This document shows positions 21,396-31,059 of a stretch of 64,000 nucleotides of DNA, one piece after another (position 1 is the stretch's first letter; each line of letters starts with the position of its first letter). Origin of the DNA: an uncultured Clostridia bacterium (GTDB lineage: Bacteria > Bacillota > Clostridia > Christensenellales > UBA1242); NCBI GenBank assembly GCA_930979925.1, contig CAKNIB010000002.1, forward strand, positions 46,910 through 110,909, read 5' to 3'. The position numbers and the translations under genes are program-made. The notes beneath the pieces were generated by a model. That model was not told the origin of the DNA and searched no databases. It was given only the letters and a program-made list of their open reading frames with translations.

Positions 21396-21621
21396 TTTCT
21401 TTTCCTCCTACTTTAGTATTGATAAATTATGTAATTTAATACCATAATTTATCAGAATACAGCCCTATTTTATATATTTAAAATATGGTTGTCACAGTGG
21501 TGACGTCACTATGGCGTCAAATTATTTAGCGAATTTTAAAAAAGTTTTGTTTGACAATTTGACTTAGTCCTTTAATCACTTTTTTATAATATACTTTCTC
21601 TACTTTTTTATTTTTCTATAA

Positions 21622-21649
21622 TGTGGATAAATAACCTCAGTTATCCACA
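21622..21649. promoter_or_regulatory. Inverted pair of perfect DnaA-box 9-mers
   Basis: TGTGGATAA (21622-21630) and TTATCCACA (21641-21649), 10 bp apart. Weaker copies are TGTGGAAAA (21795-21803) and AGTGGATAG (21869-21877). Confidence 0.5.
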
Positions 21650-21719
21650 ATTTTAAGCATTTTTGCCCAAAAATAGCTAAAAAAGTGATAAAAAGTATAT
21701 TTCTATAAAAAGTTAATTT

Positions 21720-21748
21720 ATTGTACCCCCCCCTGACTTTTTTGTCAA
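21720..21748 (-). promoter_or_regulatory. Promoter with a G8 homopolymer in its 17-bp spacer
   Basis: The minus strand reads TTGACA (21743-21748), aaaaagtcaGGGGGGGG, then TACAAT (21720-21725). It points towards the surface protein gene. Confidence 0.55.
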
Positions 21749-21830
21749 GTAAAATGACGGCATTTTCGAAAGTTTTGCAAAAATTTTTGAAAATTGTGGA
21801 AAAATTAGTATTTTTTTAAATTTTTGTCCA

Positions 21831-21871
21831 ACTTTTGGGGGGCACCCCACACTGGGGTGCACCCCAAAAGT
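21831..21871. repeat. GC-rich palindrome (17-bp arms, one mismatch)
   Basis: ttttggggggcacccca-cac-tggggtgcaccccaaaa. The motif acttttgggg/ccccaaaagt recurs at 28353-28379. Confidence 0.7.
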
Positions 21872-21916
21872 GGATAGATGTTTTTGCTAAACTTTTAATT
21901 ATATATAAATAAAAAA

Positions 21917-21947
21917 GAGCCCGAGGAGTTTCGGGTTCTTTGCAAAT
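21917..21947 (-). terminator. Intrinsic terminator
   Basis: The minus strand reads cccga-aactcc-tcggg followed by ctctttttt. Confidence 0.55.
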
Positions 21948-21961
21948 TAAATAAATATATT

Positions 21962-22453
21962 TTAAAAATGTTCACCTTCGTCATGGGCGGTTGCGGTTTG
22001 CGGTCTTGCGCTGACGTCTATGTTGTGCGCCTTATTCTTGTCTGCTTGAGTATAGTGCTCAAAGCCTTCAAAAGTTGGGATAAGGTATTGCTCTTTTCTA
22101 TCTTCAATATATGGCGTGATAGAAATTTTTACATAATCTACCCCTGCTGGCGAATTTGTCGATTTTACGTTAAAGCCGTAATTCTTACTGCCATCATATA
22201 CGATAACCTCTCCGCTACGGTTTCTTCTACTAGAAATATTTGCGATATAGTCTTCAAACTTTTTATTTGCCGAACTGGTCAAGTCGCTTACCAATACATG
22301 ATACGAACTTTCAAAAGCACGTCTAGCTTTTTGCAAGTCTTCATTGCCACTGCTTATTAAATTATATATTGACATAAACTTTTCTGTATCTATTACTGTT
22401 ATAGAGTCACTCTTTCTAGAAAGAATGATTATAAATCGTTTTACTTTATCCAT
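21962..22453 (-). CDS. Hypothetical protein
   Basis: ORF trimmed to MDKVKRF..., preceded by GAGGT. No family recognised. Confidence 0.55.
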   Translation of the reverse strand: MDKVKRFIIILSRKSDSITVIDTEKFMSIYNLISSGNEDLQKARRAFESSYHVLVSDLTSSANKKFEDYIANISSRRNRSGEVIVYDGSKNYGFNVKSTNSPAGVDYVKISITPYIEDRKEQYLIPTFEGFEHYTQADKNKAHNIDVSARPQTATAHDEGEHF

Positions 22454-22617
22454 TTTAACCTCGTACAATATAATAACAAAAATTTTGTAGTTTTTCAAGC
22501 CCCAAAATGTCAAAAAAGTAAGAAATTTGTCAAAAATACAAAATAAATTTTAGAAATTACATTATTTATTTTGATATTTTTTGATATTTAGTATAATCTA
22601 AATAAAGGGAGATTATT

Positions 22618-23358
22618 ATGAGTCCACAAATTTTTGGTTGGGAGCACCTAACCTTTCTTGCAATTTTTGTAGTTTTTATGGTTGTAAGTCTTGTTTTATT
22701 TAAAATTTACATAAAAGATGAGAAAATTAAGACAATTATCCTAAAAGTAACGGCTGGGCTACTTTTAATCTTTATTGTTTGGAATAGGATATCTATTGCA
22801 GTGTCTTATAAAAATTGGACGGAATTAATACCAACCTCTTTCTGCGGTATGAGCAGTTTGGTTCTTGCACTTGCAGTCTTAATAGGCAAAAAGGATAACA
22901 ATGTCTTACATTTTGTTTTCTATCTTGCTATAGTAGGTGGGTTCATAACACTTATTTATCCTGATTTTATTGGGCAAAATCCATCCCTATTTTATCCAAA
23001 TACCATATCTGGTCTTTTGCATCATGGTTTTTCCTTCTATCTTTCTATTATGCTACTTATGTTTGGTTGGTTCCATCCAAATTACAAAAAGTGGCCAAAC
23101 CTTGTTATAGGATTTATGGCGTATATAACTTTAGGTGCTTTTCAAATATCGGTATTTAATTATGAAGATGCCTTCTATATAAATAACCCTATTCTACCAG
23201 GCACACCACTCACCGTTTGGCTTATTGCCGTGATTTTTGCCGCTTTATACGCATTATTCTTTGTCATATACGAACTTGTAAAGAGAAAACTTGCAGGTAA
23301 AAAGCTAGAGTCATCTAAAAACGAAGACAAAAACCAAGCTGACGATATTTACAAATAA
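22618..23358 (+). CDS. Polytopic membrane protein (YwaF/TIGR02206-like, tentative)
   Basis: 246 aa with about 7 TM segments and SD AGGGAG. The family call is from memory only. Confidence 0.6.
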   Translation: MSPQIFGWEHLTFLAIFVVFMVVSLVLFKIYIKDEKIKTIILKVTAGLLLIFIVWNRISIAVSYKNWTELIPTSFCGMSSLVLALAVLIGKKDNNVLHFVFYLAIVGGFITLIYPDFIGQNPSLFYPNTISGLLHHGFSFYLSIMLLMFGWFHPNYKKWPNLVIGFMAYITLGAFQISVFNYEDAFYINNPILPGTPLTVWLIAVIFAALYALFFVIYELVKRKLAGKKLESSKNEDKNQADDIYK

Positions 23359-23393
23359 AAATTTCTATGTTATACTATTCTTAGAGGATACAA

Positions 23394-26300
23394 ATGACAT
23401 TTAAGAAAAAATATAGAGAAATACAAAAAATAATTAAAGATGAGCTAAATCACATAAAAGAATTTAATAAAAGTACATCGTTTGCTCTTTATGATGACCT
23501 CAATAGCTTTTTGCTCGAGATGGCATCTAGCAAAGAGGTTGAAACTGCCATTAAGGTTTTAACGTGTGGAGATATTAATAAAATAACAAATTACTTGCTG
23601 TCCGACTTTCAAACTTTGCCTCAAAGGGTGCAAAAGTTTATCTTTCACCATACAACCGATTTGACAATTGACGGAACAAGCATATATAACACTCAAAATG
23701 CGTCTATTTGGCAACTATTTAAAATGGATAGTGGCACTTTGACCAGTTTTGACCCAATTTTCTTGCAAAGGCAAAGCATATTAAATTTATTTAAAAACAA
23801 ATCATTTAGGCAGGCAGAATTATCTGACGCATTCCCGATTTTTACAAATACTTTTGATGTAGATGCTTCTTTAAACGAAGTTTTAAGCTATATAAAAGAG
23901 CTTTCCAAGATTACCACATTTAGCGAGCGCACTGGAGAAAAAGAACCATATTTTTCTAGCAAACATTTGGTAGACTTTTTAAAAAGAACATATCTCAAAC
24001 CAAATCTTACTAAAAGTTTTACAGTAAAGCAGTGTCAAGAGTTTATTGAAAAGATAGAAAAACTGCAAAAAGAATCACCAAATCTCAGAAAAATTGATTT
24101 TTCAAGTGATTGGTCCTTATATATGCCATTTTTAGTAGGCGACCATGAATACGAAAACTATTTAGAACTTACTAAAAGGTCTGAAATAAAAGAGGCATTA
24201 TTTTCGTCTAGAAATAGTTTAAATTTTAATAACGTGCTAAGATATATTCCTGATAGAGCCAAGCTGGAACTTTTATCTGAATACATACAAAGACCTGATT
24301 ACAAAATAACAGAACTAAATAACGACACCATTATTACTCAATGTTTTGCATCCATAAAAGATAAATCATTACTCCTCGATTTTGACCTGACTTTGCCTAT
24401 TTTTGAAAGGCTGGTATTTAGCAAGGCTATGGGAGCAGAATATCTACTTAAACCACACTTTTTAGATTGTTTGATAAAGCCTGACAATAGCTCTAAAAGC
24501 GAGAGAAATCTACTTGCTGAAATTTCTAGCTTAGAAACGCTAAAAGATGCAATTAAGGCCTCTGTTGATGAGTCTGAAAGGCGGGCAAAGGCAGGAGTTA
24601 AAGAGATTGACCGCGATGAGACTAAAAAGGAAAGGCTTAAAACGCTGGTTACCGAGCTTGTTACCGTGGGCTTAATTGACAAAAATACATACGAAAGAGT
24701 GTTAGAAGTCGGGCAAAAATACAACAAAAACCTTACAATAGAAAAAATAAAGGCAATGGTTCAAAAGGACGAAAACTTAAAATACTTTTTAGAAAGTGTG
24801 ACCAACCAGTGGAGAGGAACTTTTGCTGTCCGCCACAATGATTATCCGGAAAGCGTGACAAGCCCATATGAGCGCGCCATATACGACCTTGAAGTGATAT
24901 ATCCTAAGACAAGATTGCAAGGGCTACCTCATTTTGACGCCTTTAGAAAAATGTCGCTCGAACAAAAAAGAAAATTTGATTTAAAGACTTGGGATAAGTT
25001 TTCTCCCCTCCCTCTTTTCAATCAAAACGACAATACCAAAAAGGCTCTTGTTGAGTTTATTGCTGTAATGGGACTTTTTGAAGATGACGCTCAAGTTGAA
25101 GCAAGAAGGGCGCGAGCGTTTAAGATAACTCAGCTTGCTGGTAAAAAGTTTTCTAAAAAAGAGGAAAGATTACACCATATACTGATAGAATTGCATGACA
25201 AATTATATGGCTATGGCAATCTTCCGCCTGAATTTGAAGGCAAAATGGGCGTCACCTTAAAAGAAGTTGAAGAATATATCTCAAGTAAGTTTTTCCTGCC
25301 CTGCAAAGTTACTAGTTATTCTTTAAGAGAAGGTGTTTCTATTCCACAAGGGCTTGATGGTATTATTTTAAGAGAGATGTCTGAAGAGTATATGGCAAAG
25401 GTTAGAGAAAGCTCTGGCTCCTTTGGCAAGAGAGTGACCGATTTTCTATCACCTTACGCCAAAGACGGCAATGGATACAAGTTAAAGCATGGGCTAGCTA
25501 TACCTGAAGAGTTACAAGAGCTTTTAAAGCCAGAGATGAGCGAAGAGGAATATAAAAACGCTCTTTCTGAACCTAACGCCCTCCTCTTCTTAAACCCAGT
25601 CAAAAAAGAGGTGCAAGAAGGCTATCAAGTGCGCGACGACCTAAAAGGCGAAAACTTGCGAATGCTTAATTATGTCATACTTAAAAGCAATATGAGCGGA
25701 CTGCTAACCTTTGACTCCCTCCACCGTATGTTTGATGGTTGTGAGCAAAAGTTTGATAAGGATTTTTACAACTTTTTAACTGATAACCTAGACCTTATTT
25801 TGCAATCGAAAGAAATGCAAAGCCAAATTAAAAGTATGCAAAGAAGCTACGCAAGAGCAAAAAGGTATTACGCTACTCGCGGGAATAACAATCCGTCATA
25901 TTTTGATGTGATTACCTATTTAAAAGAGGTATCCTTTGAGTTTGAGTTTGGGCGAGACGAGTTTGCCGAAGAGGTCAAAAACGCCGGAGTTTTTTCTCAA
26001 GAAGTTTATGATTATTACCAACAATTATTGCCAAGGCTTGAGGCAAGAAAGCTGTCAACTATCCCAAGACATCAAAAGGTCTATGTCTACAAAGATACAG
26101 TCGGAAAAGAGTATAAAATTATGACCAAAATTTTAAGGCTGGACGACCCGCTTACCATGCTAGTTGGTGAGAGCAAGTTTACCAACTGTTGTCAGGTATA
26201 TCATAATGCTGGGCAATCCTGTATGGAACACGCCTCGACCAGCGAAAACGGAGGCATTCTTGCCACATATTTAATAGGCGAGGATGGCGTTCCTCAGATG

Positions 26301-27473
26301 TTAACTCAATCTTGGATTTGGACGAATGAGGCTAAGCTTTGTCTTGACAATGTGGAGGCGACAAGTCTTATAACGGCTAAATTTGGCAGGGAACGCAGGC
26401 TTTATCAAGATATTGCAACCTTTGGACTAATTGAAGCGTCAAAGGATTTACTTGAAAGCTCAAAGAAGGCGGTACAAAGCTATTATGACGAAGAGGCTAG
26501 CAAAATTTTAAACTCAAAGGAGCTCACCGACAAGCAAAAAGCTGAAAAAATACGCCAGCTTGACGAGTTTAAGGCAAGGCAGACGCTAAAAATTGTAACT
26601 GTAGGCGAAGGCTGTGATGACTTAAATATCAAAGAGACTTTCGCAAAAGTTGAAAGCGTCGATCGTTCGCAAGGTCCAAAAGGGTACCAAGGATATAGCG
26701 ACGCAGGTATTGACCGAGAAACTAACAAAAGTAAACAACATATCATCCTTCAAACAACTGATGAAATTTTGCCGACTAGCGAAGATTATCATGACATTGC
26801 CTTCTATCGCGATGATAGGCGGATAACTTTTGCAAAAGGCGAAAAAATCAGCCATGCTCTACTTAAAAAGATTACCGAAATTGAGAAAAAAGCGCATAGA
26901 GAAGATGTACAACGTTATACTCGAGATAACCTGCCAGTTTTGAGAAATCATAAGATACTCGCCTCCCTTTGTAACTGTGAGCCTGAAAACCTATGTATTA
27001 TAAGTGGTGAAGATTGGTATTACATCTACTCTGACAATGACAAAAATATTGAGGTTTATGATTTTGCGCGTGTTGAGCCAAGGCTTGAGGATGAAAATGG
27101 TTTGCAACAACAAGAAATGACGGTTGCGTTTAACACCATACTTCGTCAAAGCATTGTGGCAAAGGACGGAAAACTTGAAAGACTTAAGGGCATTATTGCT
27201 GACTTGCGCGAGGATACTTCCTACCTTCTATACCTCTACCAAAAGCATTTAGGTAATATTGAACAAGTGGGCGATGATATGTGCTATACTTTAGAAAACC
27301 GCTTTGACAGCGTAAATATAAGCGAGCAAGAGCAAAGAGAAATCTTGAAAAATATCTCAAAAATAAGAAAAGAGGCGCAACTTAAATTCCACAGTGTAAG
27401 TTTTGTGCCTACGCAAAGGACAATAAATCGCGCGCTAGAGCAAAGTCTTGCCGTTTATGATGAAAGGAGCTAA
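23394..27473 (+). CDS. Giant orphan protein (1359 aa), no recognised catalytic motif
   Basis: Uninterrupted 4.08-kb ORF. Has a Cys/His-rich block (KFTNCCQVYHNAGQSCMEH) and a C-terminal region with a GNAT-like pattern. Confidence 0.75.
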   Translation: MTFKKKYREIQKIIKDELNHIKEFNKSTSFALYDDLNSFLLEMASSKEVETAIKVLTCGDINKITNYLLSDFQTLPQRVQKFIFHHTTDLTIDGTSIYNTQNASIWQLFKMDSGTLTSFDPIFLQRQSILNLFKNKSFRQAELSDAFPIFTNTFDVDASLNEVLSYIKELSKITTFSERTGEKEPYFSSKHLVDFLKRTYLKPNLTKSFTVKQCQEFIEKIEKLQKESPNLRKIDFSSDWSLYMPFLVGDHEYENYLELTKRSEIKEALFSSRNSLNFNNVLRYIPDRAKLELLSEYIQRPDYKITELNNDTIITQCFASIKDKSLLLDFDLTLPIFERLVFSKAMGAEYLLKPHFLDCLIKPDNSSKSERNLLAEISSLETLKDAIKASVDESERRAKAGVKEIDRDETKKERLKTLVTELVTVGLIDKNTYERVLEVGQKYNKNLTIEKIKAMVQKDENLKYFLESVTNQWRGTFAVRHNDYPESVTSPYERAIYDLEVIYPKTRLQGLPHFDAFRKMSLEQKRKFDLKTWDKFSPLPLFNQNDNTKKALVEFIAVMGLFEDDAQVEARRARAFKITQLAGKKFSKKEERLHHILIELHDKLYGYGNLPPEFEGKMGVTLKEVEEYISSKFFLPCKVTSYSLREGVSIPQGLDGIILREMSEEYMAKVRESSGSFGKRVTDFLSPYAKDGNGYKLKHGLAIPEELQELLKPEMSEEEYKNALSEPNALLFLNPVKKEVQEGYQVRDDLKGENLRMLNYVILKSNMSGLLTFDSLHRMFDGCEQKFDKDFYNFLTDNLDLILQSKEMQSQIKSMQRSYARAKRYYATRGNNNPSYFDVITYLKEVSFEFEFGRDEFAEEVKNAGVFSQEVYDYYQQLLPRLEARKLSTIPRHQKVYVYKDTVGKEYKIMTKILRLDDPLTMLVGESKFTNCCQVYHNAGQSCMEHASTSENGGILATYLIGEDGVPQMLTQSWIWTNEAKLCLDNVEATSLITAKFGRERRLYQDIATFGLIEASKDLLESSKKAVQSYYDEEASKILNSKELTDKQKAEKIRQLDEFKARQTLKIVTVGEGCDDLNIKETFAKVESVDRSQGPKGYQGYSDAGIDRETNKSKQHIILQTTDEILPTSEDYHDIAFYRDDRRITFAKGEKISHALLKKITEIEKKAHREDVQRYTRDNLPVLRNHKILASLCNCEPENLCIISGEDWYYIYSDNDKNIEVYDFARVEPRLEDENGLQQQEMTVAFNTILRQSIVAKDGKLERLKGIIADLREDTSYLLYLYQKHLGNIEQVGDDMCYTLENRFDSVNISEQEQREILKNISKIRKEAQLKFHSVSFVPTQRTINRALEQSLAVYDERS

Positions 27474-27475
27474 AA

Positions 27476-28330
27476 ATGGAAGTTATTGAAAAGATGAGAA
27501 AGAAAATGCTATTGCCAAAAGAAGAGCTTGATATAAAAGACCTTTTTGTGGCAATAAAAAAGGCAATAGTGCAAAATGGCAAGTTAATTGAAGATTGTTA
27601 TCTTTTTGACACTGGCGCCTCTATTAGCGCAAAGACGATTGCAGATATTTTTGACAGGCCACAAAAAAATAATTATGGCAACCTGTCCGCTCCATTTATC
27701 AACGATTTTGGAAGAGTTAGCCACAACATGGTACCTTATGGTATAGTTGGAGTCAAGATCGAAGGCAAGATTAGGCTTAAAAATTATATTGATATAATAA
27801 AAGTGTGTCTTGAGACGCGAAACAGTCTAATTTTTCAAACTTTACCAGGCAAGACACTTGATGCTATTGCCAAAATCATAAACGACCTTTTAGCGCAAAC
27901 ACCTGACTTTAACGAAATAGTTTTGACAAGTCAAGACATTGAAAAAGAGGATATTGACCTTCTTATATACATCGGCGAAAAGAGTAAATTCCAAAGACTA
28001 TCCTTTGATGGCGAAAAAATATATTTAGGAATTGGCAAGTACGAGCTTTTTGTGCATAAAGTATTAGACCAAAACTTAATAGATGAGGCAAAAGCTTTTG
28101 GGGTTACAGTTTATGAAGATGAAAAAGACATCTACAAAAAAATAAACACTTTAGGTGGGAATTATTGCTCGGCTATTATGACAGACGACAAAGAAAAAGC
28201 AAGAGAATTTATAGCAAAGGTCAAGTCTTCATATATTCTTGTTAACACTAGTCCTCTTGTCGTAACTGAGACCAATCTCTTCCCCGAAATGCTTTTAAAA
28301 CGAAAAATAACCGTAATTTATGATAAATAA
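27476..28330 (+). CDS. Degenerate ProA-like (glutamate-5-semialdehyde dehydrogenase-like) protein
   Basis: Several blocks align by eye to ProA (VPYGIVGV.., IDLLIYIG, GGNYCSAIMTDD...ILVNTS). It is only 284 aa, and no Cys is evident at the aligned position of the catalytic Cys segment. Starts 2 nt after the upstream stop. Confidence 0.5.
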   Translation: MEVIEKMRKKMLLPKEELDIKDLFVAIKKAIVQNGKLIEDCYLFDTGASISAKTIADIFDRPQKNNYGNLSAPFINDFGRVSHNMVPYGIVGVKIEGKIRLKNYIDIIKVCLETRNSLIFQTLPGKTLDAIAKIINDLLAQTPDFNEIVLTSQDIEKEDIDLLIYIGEKSKFQRLSFDGEKIYLGIGKYELFVHKVLDQNLIDEAKAFGVTVYEDEKDIYKKINTLGGNYCSAIMTDDKEKAREFIAKVKSSYILVNTSPLVVTETNLFPEMLLKRKITVIYDK

Positions 28331-28352
28331 AAGACGACCAATATTGAAACGA

Positions 28353-28379
28353 ACCCCAAAAGTGTCTAACTTTTGGGGT
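28353..28379. terminator. Hairpin between convergent genes
   Basis: accccaaaagt-gtcta-acttttggggt, an 11-bp perfect stem. Confidence 0.5.
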
Positions 28380-28405
28380 TTACTACAATAAGTCGTTTTT
28401 TATTT

Positions 28406-30802
28406 TTATGCTGAAACATAATTAATACTGTCAAAGTCAACATTTGGTAGATATGTCTTTACCGTCTCTAAATCAGTTATTAAAGGCGCATTATCGCTCG
28501 CAATACTACTATTTGCATCCAAAATTGCAATTATATTAATATCTTGGCAGTTGTAACTTATATTAGATATATAAATATATTGTGCAGCACCCTGATAAAC
28601 TCTACCAAAAATAGTCGACAAAGTTATATCCCCAGTGCAAGTGAAATTGCCTGATATTATACAATTTTCAATATTTAAAACTGTATCCGAACTAATTTGA
28701 TAGGCAACAATGCCAAATCTATAGGCATTTATATCACCGTATGTTTCGCAGTTGGTGATATTACCACCGTTGGTAATAGTATATACTGCAACTTTTGCGT
28801 TTCCGTTTGCTGTTATATTGCCATAGTTAAAGCAATAATCTATTGTATTATAATTAGTTCCGCTAAAGATTGCAACTTGTGGATCATCGCTGGTGTTTAT
28901 ATCTATATTTGCATAATTTGTACAATTTTCAATGGTGCCATAGTTACTTTCAGTAAGCAAAGCAAAAGTCATATATGGTGTCCTATTATCACTGTCTATA
29001 TAAATATCGATATTTTGCTTGATTAAAGTAACATTTCTTAGAACTCCATAGTTTAATTCAACAACCGCCATACATGAGTCTCTATATAACGAATAATTGT
29101 CATTAAATTTTATTCGTATGTTTTCTAAGGTGCCTGCATATTTTTCTGCAATGGTTTTTGTAACGGTAAGCGTATACCCTCCACCATCAATATTTATATT
29201 CATCGTCCTTCGCTCACTAACCGTAAAGTAGCTATCTAACATTTCCACATCATCCATTAATTTGATATACTCACCAGCTTTAACTTGACAGCTTGCAGAC
29301 CCGGCATACATCAACTCATTAAACTGCTCGCCGTTATACACTCGGTAAGGGTCGCTTTTTGTGCCTTGCCCAAAAGCATTTGCATCGGTAGCATCATTCA
29401 CTTTTGCATAAAGGGTGGTATTTTCGGTTAGTGCCTCAATTCTTGCAACAGTAGCCTCGGTTGTATAGTTTTGGTCCATATACCATCCGTCTAAAACTAA
29501 AGGCTCATTGTACGTTGGAGCAGGCAAACTTGAAAGAACAAAATCATCGCCAACTTTATAATTTATAGAATCAACTTGACCTGAAAGCACCACTTCCGCA
29601 TAGTCAAAGGTTAAAGTTAAATTTTTACCATCAAATTGCGCCATAAACGTATAAGATATTCCACCGACACCCAAATCAGGAACGACATAACTTCCGCTAT
29701 AAATTTGGTCATCATACTCCCAGCCGAGGAAATCGTATCCTGCCCGCTCTACTGATGGAAGGGTTATTCTATCTCCATATGTCACTCTCATATCATCTAT
29801 CGACTCAGAAGCATATAGAGCGCCAAACTTTATAATGTAACTTTCTTTATTGTAAGTGCTTCGTGCTATCACTTCAGCGCCGTCCTCACCAAAGTCAGGT
29901 ACAGTTATAGTATTTGCGTAAGTTGTTCCATTTATCATCCAACCTGCGCTATAATACCCCTCCTTTGGGTCGGCTTGCCTAAGCATGCTAATACTCTCTC
30001 CATAGTTTACAGTTGCAGTGCCAAGCTGAGAGCCGTGCTCATCTTGATAAATAAGGCTATACTGCTCTGCCCTCCACTGCGCAGTAAAGGTCATGCTGTT
30101 TTGTACAGACATTTGATAGCCAGCAGGATATGAGCCACCACTTGTCTGCCAGCCCGTAAATACATAATGCTCACGGCTGATTGTTGGAAGCGTTACAAGC
30201 TCACCATCGTAAAGATATTGAGGGTCAATAGTAGCACCTCCATTTGTATTAAATTGGATAAGGTTTGCGTCCTCAAAAAGTGCTGTGAGAGTCAACTGAT
30301 AATTTGTAAAATCTTCTGCCGAGAAGATATAAGAAGCGGTGTCTGACAATAAAATATTTTGGTCATTGTCTGCCCAACCCAAAAATCTAGCGTGCTGTTT
30401 TTCTGGATTAATTGTATTTGCTAAAACTGTGCCTTCTTTGCCATAAAAGCGCCAAATTTGTCCGCCATACGAAAGTGTGAGCGCCAATAGCCTTTGACAA
30501 GAGGCATATAATGTCAAATCTTCGCTAATCGTTATCTCTCCAGTAAGAGGCTGTCCGCTAAGCTCAGCATTATCATAAAGTGCAACAACCTCATAACCTT
30601 CAATTTCTATTTGTGAGATTAAATCATCTACCTTAATACTCTCACCTTCTTGAACATCAATTTCGCTGGCAATTTGACCGTTAAAATTTATTGTAATTGT
30701 TCGCTCATCAGGTTTGGTTACCGCGCTAATAACTATGTAAGCAATAAAAGCCACTAATGCAACTGCAATAATAACGCCAAGCCAAGTAATAACCTTTTTC
30801 AT
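28406..30802 (-). CDS. Membrane-anchored surface protein with Listeria-Bacteroides (InlB B-type) repeats and a repetitive C-terminal region
   Basis: N-terminal TM segment. Repeated ...F.TNGG......Y.F.GW... units. The C-terminal N.G.I.N-type repeats suggest a beta-helix or GLUG-like domain. Confidence 0.75.
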   Translation of the reverse strand: MKKVITWLGVIIAVALVAFIAYIVISAVTKPDERTITINFNGQIASEIDVQEGESIKVDDLISQIEIEGYEVVALYDNAELSGQPLTGEITISEDLTLYASCQRLLALTLSYGGQIWRFYGKEGTVLANTINPEKQHARFLGWADNDQNILLSDTASYIFSAEDFTNYQLTLTALFEDANLIQFNTNGGATIDPQYLYDGELVTLPTISREHYVFTGWQTSGGSYPAGYQMSVQNSMTFTAQWRAEQYSLIYQDEHGSQLGTATVNYGESISMLRQADPKEGYYSAGWMINGTTYANTITVPDFGEDGAEVIARSTYNKESYIIKFGALYASESIDDMRVTYGDRITLPSVERAGYDFLGWEYDDQIYSGSYVVPDLGVGGISYTFMAQFDGKNLTLTFDYAEVVLSGQVDSINYKVGDDFVLSSLPAPTYNEPLVLDGWYMDQNYTTEATVARIEALTENTTLYAKVNDATDANAFGQGTKSDPYRVYNGEQFNELMYAGSASCQVKAGEYIKLMDDVEMLDSYFTVSERRTMNINIDGGGYTLTVTKTIAEKYAGTLENIRIKFNDNYSLYRDSCMAVVELNYGVLRNVTLIKQNIDIYIDSDNRTPYMTFALLTESNYGTIENCTNYANIDINTSDDPQVAIFSGTNYNTIDYCFNYGNITANGNAKVAVYTITNGGNITNCETYGDINAYRFGIVAYQISSDTVLNIENCIISGNFTCTGDITLSTIFGRVYQGAAQYIYISNISYNCQDINIIAILDANSSIASDNAPLITDLETVKTYLPNVDFDSINYVSA

Positions 30803-30970
30803 AATAACTCCTTTATTCTTCAGCCCTTTTCTTAGGTTTGCTATTTTTTCTTATATTATACTTTTCTTTATAAATATTGTCAATATATTATGGCTATAAA
30901 TACACACTTAAAAACAATTAAAGATTTATAAAAATATTAAAAGCAATAAGAAAAAATATATTATGTATTT

Positions 30971-31050
30971 TTATTTAGGTTTTAATAAATTTTATTTAAT
31001 TATTTTTTATTTATGTTTTAATAAATTTTATTTAATTATTTTTTATTTAA
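30971..31050. repeat. AT-rich tandem repeat, 36-bp period, about 2.2 copies
   Basis: ttatttaGgttttaataaattttatttaattatttt then ttatttaTgttttaataaattttatttaattatttt then ttatttaa. Confidence 0.85.
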
Positions 31051-31059
31051 AAATATTTT

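Noticed and set aside
21400-21960. Confident call of the chromosomal replication origin
   Set aside because: This is kept only as a low-to-moderate interest finding. Two perfect DnaA boxes and a local strand switch are present. However, dnaA and dnaN are absent, gene orientation is mixed further right, and I cannot compute GC skew.
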